Origin: Octopus bimaculoides
Taxonomy: Eukaryota
Assembly (NCBI RefSeq): GCF_001194135.2
Contig: NC_068984.1
Span: forward strand, 36,487,729-36,519,811
Direction: 5' to 3'
DNA length: 32,083 bases
Under the pieces are notes generated by a model that was given only the letters and a program-made list of their open reading frames with translations, was not told where the DNA came from and ran no database searches. Below, piece by piece: positions 11,031 to 23,744 of this stretch; within the stretch, counting starts at the first letter, position 1, and each line of letters opens with the position of its first letter. A program made the position numbers and the translations under genes.

Positions 11031-11468
11031 TATTTAAAAAAATCTATCAGTGTAATTGTGTACCACACTAATAAATAGGTTATCCACCACCAAATTGCTA
11101 ATAACTTTTGAAAAGATTGCAAAGCACTAGCAACAATGAATGAAAAAGCAGATAAATGTCTAATAAAGGAACATGAATATACCTACTTTAAATGAAGACA
11201 AATTCCATGAACTTTGTATCGATTTACAATCACTAATTTGGAGCAATCCACAATTTTATTACTCGCTATTAATGACCGCAAGAAATATTCATGTCCATTG
11301 TTGCATAAGAAGGAAAAATATAATTTTCTTTATGGATGAATATGGAAGTTACGATTTGGTGACTATACTTAACAATAAGTCAAAATCTTTTGTAATGTTC
11401 ACAGAAATTGAATATTATAAATGTAGGCCAATATGGAGTCATATATTATTTGTAAAATATTTATATGT

Positions 11469-11469
<1 letters not shown>

Positions 11470-11523
<54 letters not shown>

Positions 11524-12075
11524 CATATATATATGTATGTATGTATGTTTCTATGTATGTATATATAAAAGCAGTGCATTCATGCGCGCATAAATATATA
11601 CATAAGTATACAAATATGCACATATACACATTCAAACTCACGAACTCGCTCACACACACACACATACATACATACATACATACATACATACATACATACA
11701 ACACACTATATATATGACGAAATACATACAAACACAAAAGTAGAAAGAAGTAGATATATAATTGGAGGAGTATTCTTACTGTTGGAGTGATATGTATCGT
11801 TGTCACCGTAAATGTTTAATATATGCGTATATATGTACATGAATACATAGATTCATATATATGTGTGTGTGTAAGTGTATGTATATGATTATACATATGT
11901 TTGTATATATATACATACATACATACATACANNNNNNNNNNNNNNNNNNNNNNNNNNNNNNNNNNNNNNNNNNNNNNNNNNNNNNNNNNNNNNNNNNNNN
12001 NNNNNTATATATACATGTATATATATATACATACACATATATGCATATTCACATGCAAACTTATTTGAACGCACA
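11470..12075. repeat. (TA)n/(TATG)n/(CA)n microsatellite complex including a gap at 11932-12005
   Basis: Visible runs and N. Confidence 0.93.
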
Positions 12076-15000
12076 TATGAGCATCATGTTTTTTGGCATT
12101 CATTACTAATGATGTAGGTGGAATAATAATTGCTCAATTGAGCTATAGGCTAGAGCATTTAACATGGGAACATCAAAGCGTAATGTAAATGGGTTGTATA
12201 AACTATAAACTTGGACGTCATGTCCCAGAATAAATGTGACTCGTTGCCATAGCTCTATCATGTATCGGCATATATTTTATTTACCAAATGAATTAGCTAA
12301 ACGAAAACTAGCATAAACTAAATTATGCAAATAACAAATGGAGGACAATAAATGGTGGTGCTGACATCAGGTAAATACGAGATAACATGGAAGGATACAC
12401 AGTCGTAAATTATCAAACGTACGGTAGAATATTTATGATTGCATTTTATGCTGACCAAGATACAATGTCAGTATAATCAGAATATGATCTTCCTTCACGT
12501 ATATCTATGTGTCACTGCTAGCAATTCCCAACTAAATTCAGGCAATCTTGTTGTCAATTTCATTTGTTGTACTAGCTCCTCGTACATTTGGAAATTGTGA
12601 TAACACCATTGTAATATTTCTCAGCATGAGTCCTTTCTTTGGCATCAAGCACGCAATATGTGCGTGTAGATGAATATATACGTGTTAACATATGGTAAGC
12701 TTTAACGCAAATGCATAAAGGCCTCTGATTATTTTCTTCTTTAAGCGACTTCACTTGAGATGCGGTTCACCACGCCATGCCATGGAACTCTGTATCACTC
12801 TTTCATTTGTAGGTTCAAAATTTAATTTTTGTGTTCCTTCCATGAACATTAATATAGTTGAGTTGTTTCCGTCCTGTACTTAGGTGTTGAAATCTCTAAA
12901 ATTGAACATCACATATAGCATGGTGTTTCACATGATAACAGTGAGCATAGAAGCTTGCCATTTGTTAAGTAACAATAATAGAGATGGATTTAATATGCCC
13001 ACTAATGATCTCTTGGACATTTGATGTCACAATTTTCATCATCTAGGTCACAGTCATCTTTGGTTGAAATTACTAATATCATAGGTTTATATCACACGCA
13101 ATATTTTTCCCTGTTTCTACTTATTTTTATAGTATGTATCTGTTTATGTATAATCTCGCGCGCACACCCAGGAATACACTCACACAGTACACACAGACAT
13201 GCATTTCAGGTGTTTTGTGGTTATTCGGCAAATTATTAGTAAAATACTTTATTTCCAGGTTGATTTATGTTTTCGTCAGTAACACCACAGAACAAATTTC
13301 AATATCTTTTACTTTTGTTTTTCTCCATTTTTCCTTACCTTGAAAAAGATAATTGCAAAACATTAAAATGTTCTCTAAATTTTTACTCGACATATTATGG
13401 ATTAACCCACTTTCATCTCAAGTCTCATCAATCCGATGGTGATTTTTTAAAAAATCATTTCAGGGAATACCTATCTGCAACACCTCGTTGCTAACTAATA
13501 TTTTGCGATAATATCTCTGATGGCGACGAAGACAACAACAACGACGTTGATGAGGATGATGATAAGTACGGGGGACGATCATCATTATACATACAGAGGT
13601 TATAATGACGTTGATTAGAAAGAGGATGGTGATATATAGGTATTTGTATGTTTTATATTATCGTTTATGTCTTCCTTTCAATTACGGACTATTGTCGATG
13701 AAAGGCCTTGACGTCGTTAGACAGCAGAATCTGTGGATATCAAGACAATATACTTTAATACACGCCCACTAAATCGATTTATCTTTCAAGTTTAACTGAT
13801 CAAATAGTAAGGGCACCAATTTGTTGTATCTGGCCAGATATAGCTATCATTATTGTTACACTTCCGCAAATTTGATTTCCATGCTTAGGATTATGTATGG
13901 ACTTTGTGCATTTACGGAAGCGATTTGTAAAAAAATATTCTGGAAATACTGATTGGTATACCTAAATAACAAATACCAATTTATCAGGATCAGTAGCTTT
14001 AATTATCTTGGGCAATAATTCGTTAAGCCTCACCAAGGAGAAAATCTGACATACACACGCTAGTATACTTCAAATTATGAGAATAAATTCTTTCTATGGA
14101 ATGTTATTGTAAGTATAATGGGAGGAAAATTTGTATAATTATACCTAAAATCTCCAAGAAGTTAAGGAGATAGACAAAGTACATATTCTTTTCACTTCCG
14201 CATAGAAGTTACTAAATTATTAAGAAGACTATCGGGTTAGTTTTAATTTATAGACTAGTTTATCAAATCTTTGTATACCTAAGACTGAGAGAATAAAGTG
14301 CTGTATCTGTTAGGGATAGGGCTGAGGAAGCAGACAGAAATCATAGTTGCTATAGTCACAAAAATCAAGATTTATTAGAAGCAATATCATGAGGTTTGGT
14401 AAGGGAATACTTCTAACAAGATGTTAGCTGACAACTAAGGAGTTCACCTACTAGCAGAACATTGATACTGAAACAGGGGAGGCCTTATCGTGTAGTAGTA
14501 TAGTTAAATGCTTTAAGCAATGTTGCTATATTGTATACAGTTAAAGTTTAGGGCTATTCAAAGAAGAATATTTTAATAAAAAGGATAGAAATTTATGAAT
14601 ACATTTGAGTATATACCAAACGTGTACCACAATAAAGGGAGGAAAAGAATTTATCCAGAAAGAAATAGTTTAATATTTATACATATTTTACACTTAAATA
14701 CTAACACATCAGATGGTATCTGTGAATATTGATTAATTGGTACATAGTGGTATTAATAAAGGAGTATTGAGGTAAAAAAAAAACATTCTAATTATATATT
14801 AATAAAATTATAATCTAAGCATTTTTTTAATATAAGTAATGAACATACCAGTATAGTTTTATATCACCTTCTAATTTCAATTTTGAGTGAGTTTTCATGC
14901 GTCATTAAACGAGTAGTGGCCCTCAAAGCTACCATTGTAAACAAATCTTTGAGCTCTTTAGCATTTTGTCAGTTGACCCGTCATGTTGTGGGTGGTTATA

Positions 15001-15364
15001 TTTTGATTGACAAATGAAAATCTTCTATGTTCAATGATTTTGACACGAGAACTAAGAAAGCTTGCATATGAATTAGAAACTAGAAATGTATATTTATTCA
15101 AGGCAATAATGATACAAAAGAATACACGCCTATGAAAATGTCAAGTATCTGACTAATGTTGACTGCCTACGAGCATGCATAGAATTTGTGATTAAATAAG
15201 TAGCCTAAAACATATTTAGTTTCGAGAAGAATGGGATGCAGTCCAAATAAATGTTGGCTCTCGCCGATAAAGATAAGCGGTACAAGTTGAATTGACAACG
15301 TATATGTCTAGAGAGACATGTACTGATATATTGGCATGGTAAAACTGTTCATAAATCGTTGAAA

Positions 15365-15562
15365 ACATCATCATCATCATGATGGTGATGATGATGAGGA
15401 TGATGACAGCAACGATGATGATGGGTGTAATGGTGGTAGTGCCGGTGGTGACGACTGCGGCGACGAAATTGATGATAGTTACAATTGTGAAAACAACGAC
15501 GACGGTGATGCTTATGATGACGACGGCAAGGACGACAGTGATAATGGTGACGGTGACGGTAA
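15365..15562. repeat. Degenerate (GAT/GAC/GGT)n trinucleotide tract
   Basis: 3-nt periodicity; gives the M/V/T-rich ORF 15379-15582. Similar shorter tracts at 13520-13565 and 23050-23130. Confidence 0.88.
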
Positions 15563-16770
15563 CGTGTAGGGGGAAGAGTTGAGGTTAACTGGGATTATAA
15601 AGTGTTATATTTATACTGTAATACTATATTTTGAATTTCAAATAATTTTTTTGTATTCACCGTCTTCCATCTTGTCAATCTGCCAGCTCATCCCTATATT
15701 TTCTGAAAACACTACATTAAAATGCAACTAATTATATATGTATTGAAGAAAATCTAATATTAGAATCTATAAACTGAACCGAAATAATATTTTATCATTT
15801 GAAAGTATTTTACCACCCGAAGCCTACCATGACGTGTAGATATTAAAATCACCGTGATGGGAAAGCAGCGGATGAGGAGAATGTAGAAATGAAGGATAGG
15901 AGGTAATAAAGAGAAAATAGATGAACTTCACTGATTGGAGTGGTGGGAAGAGTGGTATTAATATTGAAAAAGGTCAAAGATTAAAAAAATAGATTGAAAT
16001 AACAAATTCAGATAAGCACAATCTAAAGAAAAGGGTAAGGGATCAAAGATTTTAAATTAAACGCATAAATGAGAGAAGAGAGAGATAAGCGAGTTTACTA
16101 TGAGAAATCAAGGTTTATTTTTACTTCTGTTGCTTTCAATACAATCAATAAGACGCTTCTGAAATATCTTGAATAAATGCATAGTAATATGTGATTAATT
16201 TCCTATATCCGTAAATACTTTTCTAAAATTTTCACAGAAAGTAAAATAGAAATAAAAAATAACTATTATTATACGCTAAAACGAGAAAAATACCTTAAAT
16301 GCAATAAATGAGCAAGAATACGCCTGGTCATTTGGAAAATGTAAATTATGTATAGGTGGTCACTTACAATGTATGCAAATATATATATCAATCTGTACAC
16401 GCGTATGTTTTCACACCTGAAATCCAGGTTAGTAAAGATCGGGATATTATTTGTGGATTATCATCGGTTTTGTATCCAAGTTAGGTAAATTTAATCACAT
16501 GCGTTACAACATATAATATTTTATTATCTAGCAATATTATATGTAAAGCAGAATTAAGAATTAAATTTAAAATGCTGTTATATTAATAACATGAAAATAA
16601 ATTGATTGAAACAACAATGGAATTCCTAAATATTAGGAGAAGGGTCAATATAATATTCACGTATGCAAAGTCATTGAAGAATCATTCTAAACTAAAGTGG
16701 ATGCATATCTCTAAAACTTACACGCCAACTTCACAGAACAAGCTTATCTAAGGGAAAGACTTACATAAGC

Positions 16771-16820
16771 CCACACAAATATGTGTGTGTATGTATATAT
16801 GTATATATACCTATATGCAA

Positions 16821-16850
<30 letters not shown>
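16771..16850. repeat. (TG)/(TA) microsatellite
   Basis: Visible runs; another at 17295-17365. Confidence 0.9.
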
Positions 16851-16851
<1 letters not shown>

Positions 16852-17291
16852 AATAGTAATTTCTGTCTATCCGTCACACTGTTACCATCTTGTTACCCAA
16901 ACCAGGGAACCAATCTTCACCAAACTATGTATACACGTTGAGCTAACATTCAGTTCAATTATAGGCCAATTGGATTTCAATAAAAATTGATAATGGAACG
17001 ACTACGAGGGTTGGGCAATTATATGATAAAATGATAGGTGTGCAAAAGTGTTGGGTTCAGGGAAATGTGGCATAATGAGGGTGGCTGATATCTGGGAAGT
17101 GGAGGAGATACGAACAGATAGCCACAAAAGAGATGTGAGAGAAATGTGACAGACAGGGAGAACGTCAGACAAGGACACTTCCATAGATCAAACGGAAATA
17201 TACCTCGACTGCGGGGTAGCCCAAAGTGTGCCAGTGTTCTTCTCAACATTTCAGCACCCTAATCGACATGTACCCCTTAGTCCAAATATAT

Positions 17292-17358
<67 letters not shown>

Positions 17359-17956
17359 GTGTGTATAATGTAATGCTTATAACAACATTAATGCCGCACT
17401 CTAAGTTGAAGAATATATGTTCATCATTATAAGTAGTTCTCTGGAGCATTTACAATATGTGTCTTCTTTTAAAGCAGCAGATGGTAAGAAACGGAGCGAT
17501 TAGAGGAATACATTTAACATGCCATGTGAATGATATTTAGTGTACGTTTATAATATTAACGCAAAGGCGAAGTAGCAGATGGGTTTACGAATTATATATT
17601 CAATCCATTTGATAATACACTAAGTATTTGTTTCTATGTTTGGTAAATTTTGCTATTAACATATCCAGGATATAGCAGCTGTCGTAATGTTACTATTCCC
17701 TACTCCAGTAGCAAATGTTTCAACACGTGTTCTGGCATCTGAACACCGTACATTTTTGATATCCCCAAGTTAAAAATTGATTTAGCTTGAGAATAAAATT
17801 CCCTGCCTGATTGCATCACATTGCTTTTACTCTTATATTTTGGGAATATGACAGATATATTTCTTGTGTGGATAATTTGGGTATGATTATTTTTAATAAC
17901 ACAATCTATTATAATATACAAATGGATATCGGGATTTTTTTCATGTATACCTGTAA

Positions 17957-18230
17957 AAGAGATGTTATCCAAAAGTAAAGAGAATTTTCCTATATTTTAT
18001 TCCCTTTGTTTTACATGATTATACATTTATCACCTTCAAAGTATAATCCATTTGAAACAATGCATCGGTCTAGACGCGTTTTCCACTGTTAAAGCTCTTA
18101 CAAAGAGATGCCTTTTAACACCTTTGTTGGGTTTTTTCTTCTTCACCTCTTCCACATCTACACTTTCGTAGCATCAGCTTATGACACCAGTGATGACTTT
18201 TCCAAAAAGGTCCGCATCAACTTCCACGTA
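17957..18230 (-). mobile_element. Internally deleted mariner fragment with decayed 3' TIR (different lineage from the 6187 element)
   Basis: Minus strand encodes DLFGKVITG (18185-18210, first catalytic region) joined shortly to WKTRLDRCIVSNGLYFEGD (18029-18085, mariner C-terminus), followed by AAAATTCTCTTTACTTTTGGATAACATCTC resembling a mariner 3' end. Confidence 0.75.
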
Positions 18231-18244
18231 CATAGTTACGCAAA

Positions 18245-18453
18245 TCCATATACATAGACACACTCAAACAGGCACACACAAGGTGACAGAGACAAACACA
18301 CACACACTCACACACATACTCACACACACACACACACACATGTAAAAACACACAAACATGCACGCACAAACACATGAATATACAGATTACATATATGCAT
18401 ACAAACGTACTCACATGCATACATATGTATATATGCATACACATACAGATATG

Positions 18454-18505
<52 letters not shown>

Positions 18506-18760
18506 NNNNNNNNNNNNNNNNNNNNNNNNNNNNNNNNNNNNNNNNNNNNNNNNNNNNNNNNNNNNNNNNNNNNNNNNNNNNNNNNNNNNNNNNNNNNNNN
18601 NNNNNNNNNNNNNNNNNNNNNNNNNNNNNNNNNNNNNNNNNNNNNNNNNNNNNNNNNNNNNNNNNNNNNNNNNNNNNNNNNNNNTATACATACATGCATA
18701 CATACATACACACATATATGTTTACATATGCACGCTGACGCACACACATGCACACAAAGA
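18245..18760. repeat. (CA)n/(TA)n/(TACA)n complex including a gap at 18506-18684
   Basis: Visible runs and N. Confidence 0.93.
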
Positions 18761-19044
18761 AACGCAAAAAATGATAACGGGCAGAGTCAACAACTATTGA
18801 AGAGGATGCAAGAAGCAACGAATATTTAAGGAAAAATAAAAAATAAATAAAGAAGTAAATGACAGGAAATAGAACCGTGAGTGTGTTAATTAATAAGGCA
18901 TTAAAACAGAATGACTCTCTCCACACAACTATATATATATATATATATGCATACATACACACACACATGTATAAATACGCATACACGCGCGTGTGTCTCT
19001 ATGTGTCTGTGTGTGTCTGAGTGTCTGTGTATGTGTGTGTGGTT

Positions 19045-19200
19045 AATTCTTTTCTACTCGAGTCACAAGGCCCGAAATTTGAGCGGAGGGGAGCATTCGT
19101 TTAGATCGACCCAAGTCCGGAACTGGTACTTAATTTATCGGCCCGAAAGGATGAAAGGCACAGTCGACCTCGGCGAAATTTGAACTCAGAGCTCAGAACG
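19045..19200 (-). mobile_element. SINE family A copy, 5' truncated just upstream of the B box
   Basis: ACTGGTACTTAATTTATCGGCCCGAAAGGATGAAAGGCACAGTCGACCTCGGCGAAATTTGAACTCAG aligns to the 465-678 copy; sits between GT tracts. Confidence 0.9.
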
Positions 19201-19684
19201 TGTGTGTGGTTAATTAACATCACAGTATACGGGAAATGAGCATCACGGACGCGTGCTCGAAGAAACGGCAGGAGTTATAAATTCGTAAAGGCGAGAACAT
19301 TTTCTTTTTTTTTTAATATGCATCAGTGTCATAAATGTTTGCTTAGATTGCACATGTTTTGACTACCTGATTATGACAACGTGGACTGAATTGGCCCTAA
19401 CCTGCAAAATGATTCCAGCTGCAATATATTTTTGAATATAAGCTTGAACTGGGGTTAGCTGCCATTGTTGTTTCCCTGTTGGTTTCAATCTTTTGCTTGG
19501 ATTTCATACCGATTTTCTTCAAGCAATAGCGAAATCATTTCTAAGAGACTCTGCCTTTCCTTGAAGTGATCTAATTCCTAGTATTTAGCTTTCTTTAGCC
19601 GCTGAAATATGTCAGGGCTGTCCTCCCAAACCACTACGATTTCTTCTAAGTTTGTTGTTTTTAGTCCTGATGTTATGTGCAATA

Positions 19685-20106
19685 NNNNNNNNNNNNNNNN
19701 NNNNNNNNNNNNNNNNNNNNNNNNNNNNNNNNNNNNNNNNNNNNNNNNNNNNNNNNNNNNNNNNNNNNNNNNNNNNNNNNNNNNNNNNNNNNNNNNNNNN
19801 NNNNNNNNNNNNNNNNNNNNNNNNNNNNNNNNNNNNNNNNNNNNNNNNNNNNNNNNNNNNNNNNNNNNNNNNNNNNNNNNNNNNNNNNNNNNNNNNNNNN
19901 NNNNNNNNNNNNNNNNNNNNNNNNNNNNNNNNNNNNNNNNNNNNNNNNNNNNNNNNNNNNNNNNNNNNNNNNNNNNNNNNNNNNNNNNNNNNNNNNNNNN
20001 NNNNNNNNNNNNNNNNNNNNNNNNNNNNNNNNNNNNNNNNNNNNNNNNNNNNNNNNNNNNNNNNNNNNNNNNNNNNNNNNNNNNNNNNNNNNNNNNNNNN
20101 NNNNNN
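19685..20106. other. Assembly gap flanked by a 52-bp direct repeat
   Basis: 19551-19602 is identical to 20107-20158. Confidence 0.97.
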
Positions 20107-20864
20107 CTGCCTTTCCTTGAAGTGATCTAATTCCTAGTATTTAGCTTTCTTTAGCCGCAAATTTACTCTACGATCACTCCATTCCATCCAACTGAGTCAT
20201 AAAGTAGGAATTGCAGTCGATACAAGATGTCATACTTGGAGTACCATACTTTACTTATTCCCAGGTCAATGGGTTCCTTTAACCTGTATTGCTAAAATAA
20301 CGGAACACTGAGTAGTTAATATCTGGCTAGTCAGATTTCGCTTCAAGATAATCAGGTTCCGATGTTTTACTTAAGTGACATTTCGTTCATGGCCACATTC
20401 TCATGAGTGGTCTGTGTTATCTATGTTCCTTGGATTGATATTGTTATTACTGTTATATCGTCCATGGAGAATCCAGCATTCTATTTATTGTTATTTTCAG
20501 TGTCCTATAAGGCATTCCGGTTTCCATTTGCTGTAGCTTCAAGGCTTTTACACGCAGACCAAGATTATTGTGCATATTAGAACAATGCTCTTCTCGAATC
20601 TCAGTTTCCTGGTGAAATTTGCTATCACTCTCATGGCCAGCAAATCTATGTGGGGTATCGTGAAATTAGCTTCTGCTGCTAACATGTGGCAATGTATCAA
20701 AGCATTTTCAATAAGCTGGTTGATCACATTCGAGGGTTGCGTTTTGTTCTTTGCTTCCTTAATAATCTGGCCGATTACTTCGTATACGGTATAACCAAAG
20801 CACCTTCGTCTTCCTCCATTTACGATGTTCACTGGAGAGTAAATTTGCCGTTAATTTTTGGCTA

Positions 20865-21087
20865 TTGTAAGGCGTTCAGATGGCTGAATCGTTACTGCAC
20901 CGGGCAAAATACTTAACGGCATTTCGTCCGCTTTTATGCTCTGAGTCTAAATTCCACCGATGTCGATTTAGCCTCTTATCTTTCCCGCTGGATAAAGTAA
21001 GAACTAATTGGACAATTTGGTCGATGTTATTGACTCACCTGCTCCTCAAACTTGATGGTCTTGTACTAAAATTTGAAATCAATAGTT
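20865..21087 (+). mobile_element. SINE family A copy (diverged) inserted into the Hero element
   Basis: TAAGGCG..GAATCGTTA..CCGGGCAAAATACTTAACGGCATTTCGTC..CTGAGTCTAAATTCCACCGATGTCGA..; possible decayed TSD GTTAATTTTTGGCTA (20850-20864) / GTTAATTGTGGCCA (21088-21101). Confidence 0.88.
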
Positions 21088-22574
21088 GTTAATTGTGGCC
21101 AGAATACATTATTGTCAGCATCTAATAGGTAGATCTCTCCTAACTGGTTTAATTCTGGATGACTTATGTATATTGAGGACAGAAATCACTCCCCTCAGAT
21201 TATTCTCCTGCCAATGTTACTCATTCTTTTTACAGAGCGTACGAATCTGTATCAGCAGCCACTTCTGTAACAATGGGCAGGCTTTTGTAGTGAGGTAAAT
21301 TTGTTACGCAGTAATTCCTGCCAAGGCTTTTGCCTTCACTGCCATTTTTCACTCGCAATGTAAGTCTGTTATGTTGAAAGATATGTGTAACGTGAGCGTC
21401 ACTAGTTGGAATGACAGCCTCACAATATAATGCCGGTATCGAGTAAGCATATACTGCCGCTTCTTTGTCTTCCTTAGAAAAAGCCGCTTTCCTGTTTCTA
21501 TCTTTCCGAGATTAGCAGTGTAACCGAAGGGAGTATTAAAAAAGATCGTCATATGCATATGCCTTTCTATCTCTCTCTTATTATTTCTTCTTTCCCCCTC
21601 CCCCCTCTCTCTCTCTTTCGCTCCCTTTCTCTGTTCTAATTTCTAGATGTTTCTGGCCTCCCTGCAAAGCTACAGAAGATTTTTGTGCAGCTCTAATATC
21701 AGCTAGTTTTAGCACGTTTCATCAATCGTAGTTCTGTGATCTGGTGCCGTCTCTCATTGGATCATGTACCTTGCCTGGCATAAAGCTTCAATGTGGATTT
21801 ATCGTCCTGGTTGTATCTCTGTTTTTATATTACCCAATATCACAAACAAATCTTCATCCATTTACGCCCATTTTGATTTGCTGGAGGTGGCAAGTTCAAG
21901 CGTAATTTCCTCCCTAAACCCTTCTCAGTTTCAGGCAATTACTGAACATTCTGGTTTATTCCCTGGCCCCAGTTCCTCCGTATATAAAGGCCAATTATTT
22001 TTATCGTTGCTAAAATATTCATAAAACGTTGCTTTCTCTGCATGTTTGAACGAGTAAATGTGTTTCCTAGGAAAGGTTTAATTTTACCAAATATACATGA
22101 TGTATTCTTTAAATTACACTTCACCACCTAAGTTTTTCAGACTAATACCACTTTGGAGTGTGCATGTATTATTTATTTATTTATATGATACAAATTTATT
22201 TAATTTTGTTTGCTGGGTAGAGTTGCTAGACGTTAACTCATTTCATATTCAAAGGTTTTTATTTTGTTTTTACTCTCATACAATCCATTAAAGTTTAAAG
22301 CTACACCATCAATTTTCAGTTATTTTCATGCTTGAATGCATCAAATATTTCAAAGGCTAGGAAGCAATAACAATACCTGCGAGATTCTTTTTTTTTTATA
22401 TGTTTAATATTCTATTTCGATTCTTTCATGGTCGCTTTCATACGTTTTTCTTTTAACTTTTTATCCTACACTTTTGTCATTTCATTTTTTATTTTATTTA
22501 TTTCAGATTTTCCTACTTGTCCGTTAAGTTTATAGAGTTTTGCTCTGCCTTAAACAATATACATAAAAACATAC

Positions 22575-22575
22575 A

Positions 22576-22623
<48 letters not shown>

Positions 22624-22660
22624 TACATATATTTACATATATACATACATATATGTGTGT
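22575..22660. repeat. (TA)n microsatellite
   Basis: Visible run. Confidence 0.95.
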
Positions 22661-23657
22661 GCTGAGCTGTATATTATTACGTATATGTATAAAGGACAGT
22701 AAAACTGTATGTATGGCTGAATGCATGTAATTTGCCTCAAATTTCTCACAACATTAATATTTATTTATGCTCCAGAATTACTATCCTTGTGAGACCGAAC
22801 AGGAGGATACAAACATTTTTGTTTTGTTTTTAATGTAACCTTTTTCCTTTAAGTGTCTTTTTTAAATATCGTATTTCGTGTGTTTTAACAGTTTAGTTAT
22901 TCAGTTATTCATATATTCAGATTTTTTTTTAAGCAATGCTCGCTGGATTCTCTTTATTTTACAACAGTTACGTTTAAGGGTTATATATTTTCGCAAAATA
23001 ACAACCTATAATTTTCCTATTTTCATGGTCATCATTGGGAATATGATGCTGACAGTAACGACGACTCACAGCGACGATAATGATGAAGATGATAAGGATA
23101 AAGATGGTAAGGACGATGATTATGATGATAATAAGCTACTTTTAGAAGCAAGAACAGAAAGGATTGTGACTGGGTAGAAAGTGTGCTGGTATAGAATTGA
23201 ATTAGAATTGCGTTGATTGAATTTGAATTGTGTTGCGCAAAATGCTTTTCCTGCCTAGTATAGATGCAAGATAGATTATTTGTGAAGTTTTTTACAGTAT
23301 GTATATTTTAGTTTTTTTGTTTTAACGTTCAGTGTACCAAATGTTATCGGCTTCGTGTTTAGTCTCACCACATCAAATGCGGCTTCATTACATTTGGAAG
23401 TCGTTTTACTTCATTAGTTTTCGTTATTTTGTTCGGAAGGTATCAGCACGTTTATCAGAGCGCATATCTTTTCGATTTTCTATTTGACAACGATATCTGT
23501 TGAGCTGACTTTAATGTGCTTGTCACTAGATCAGCATGTGTGATTTTGTCGTAACCATACCAATGTAACATATCGCATTTGATGCAGGCTTATACTGTTT
23601 ATTGTCAGTTTTGATATGGAATTCTCAGCATATTGCACAATTTATATTAATACTTAC

Positions 23658-23744
23658 CACTTGATCTTTCTGAATATATTCAGACGAAATGACGTTGCTG
23701 GCTGCTGAGTCGATGGTATAGTCTACTGAATTTGATGGAAACAT
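23658..23744 (-). CDS. Candidate first coding segment MFPSNSVDYTIDSAASNVISSEYIQKDQV (in putative exon 23801-23658)
   Basis: Acceptor gattttatttAG before 23801, ATG at 23744 in context ggaaaATG, 29 open codons ending in phase 0 at a consensus donor GTG|GTAAGTA. No downstream partner exon identified; could be chance. Confidence 0.25.

Larger units (their letters stand above)
19400..22100 (-). mobile_element. Decayed Hero-type (R2 superfamily, RLE) non-LTR retrotransposon
   Basis: Ordered minus-strand motifs: SKWA*MDEDLFVIL (about 21835-21876), FFNTPFGY (about 21520-21545), CPLLQKWL (about 21258-21281), VIGQIIKEAK (20749-20778), FTRKLRFEKSIVLICTII (20563-20616), RT core SMDDITVITISIQGT (MDD at 20457-20465), and RLE-like LKKAKY*EL (about 20125-20150). 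These fit the Hero RT pattern I recall (SQIIREAK..TKWQRLEKGIVTGCT..FMDDLTITT). Many stops; ends approximate; RT-to-RLE distance implies an internal deletion. Confidence 0.78.

Noticed and set aside
12400-12800. piggyBac-like remnant on the minus strand (SSMAWRGEPHLK .. TFDNL)
   Set aside because: Only two short fuzzy matches in different frames, spacing too long, no GTVR motif, TIR or TTAA evidence.
15080-15200. Tc1-like FIQGNNDTKEYT motif
   Set aside because: Single weak match with no flanking SPDLNPIE motif or TIRs.
10755-15704. Isolated minus-strand splice signals (donors at 10760, 13339, 15660)
   Set aside because: Each has a good donor but weak or ambiguous acceptors and no coherent multi-exon peptide; consistent with chance density.
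17700-17950. STING-like assignment (LYIIIDC .. FYSQ)
   Set aside because: Resemblance limited to a few residues and the frame ends well before a STING fold would be complete.
4666-20130. Long X-containing ORFs
   Set aside because: Produced by N-gaps, not by sequence.
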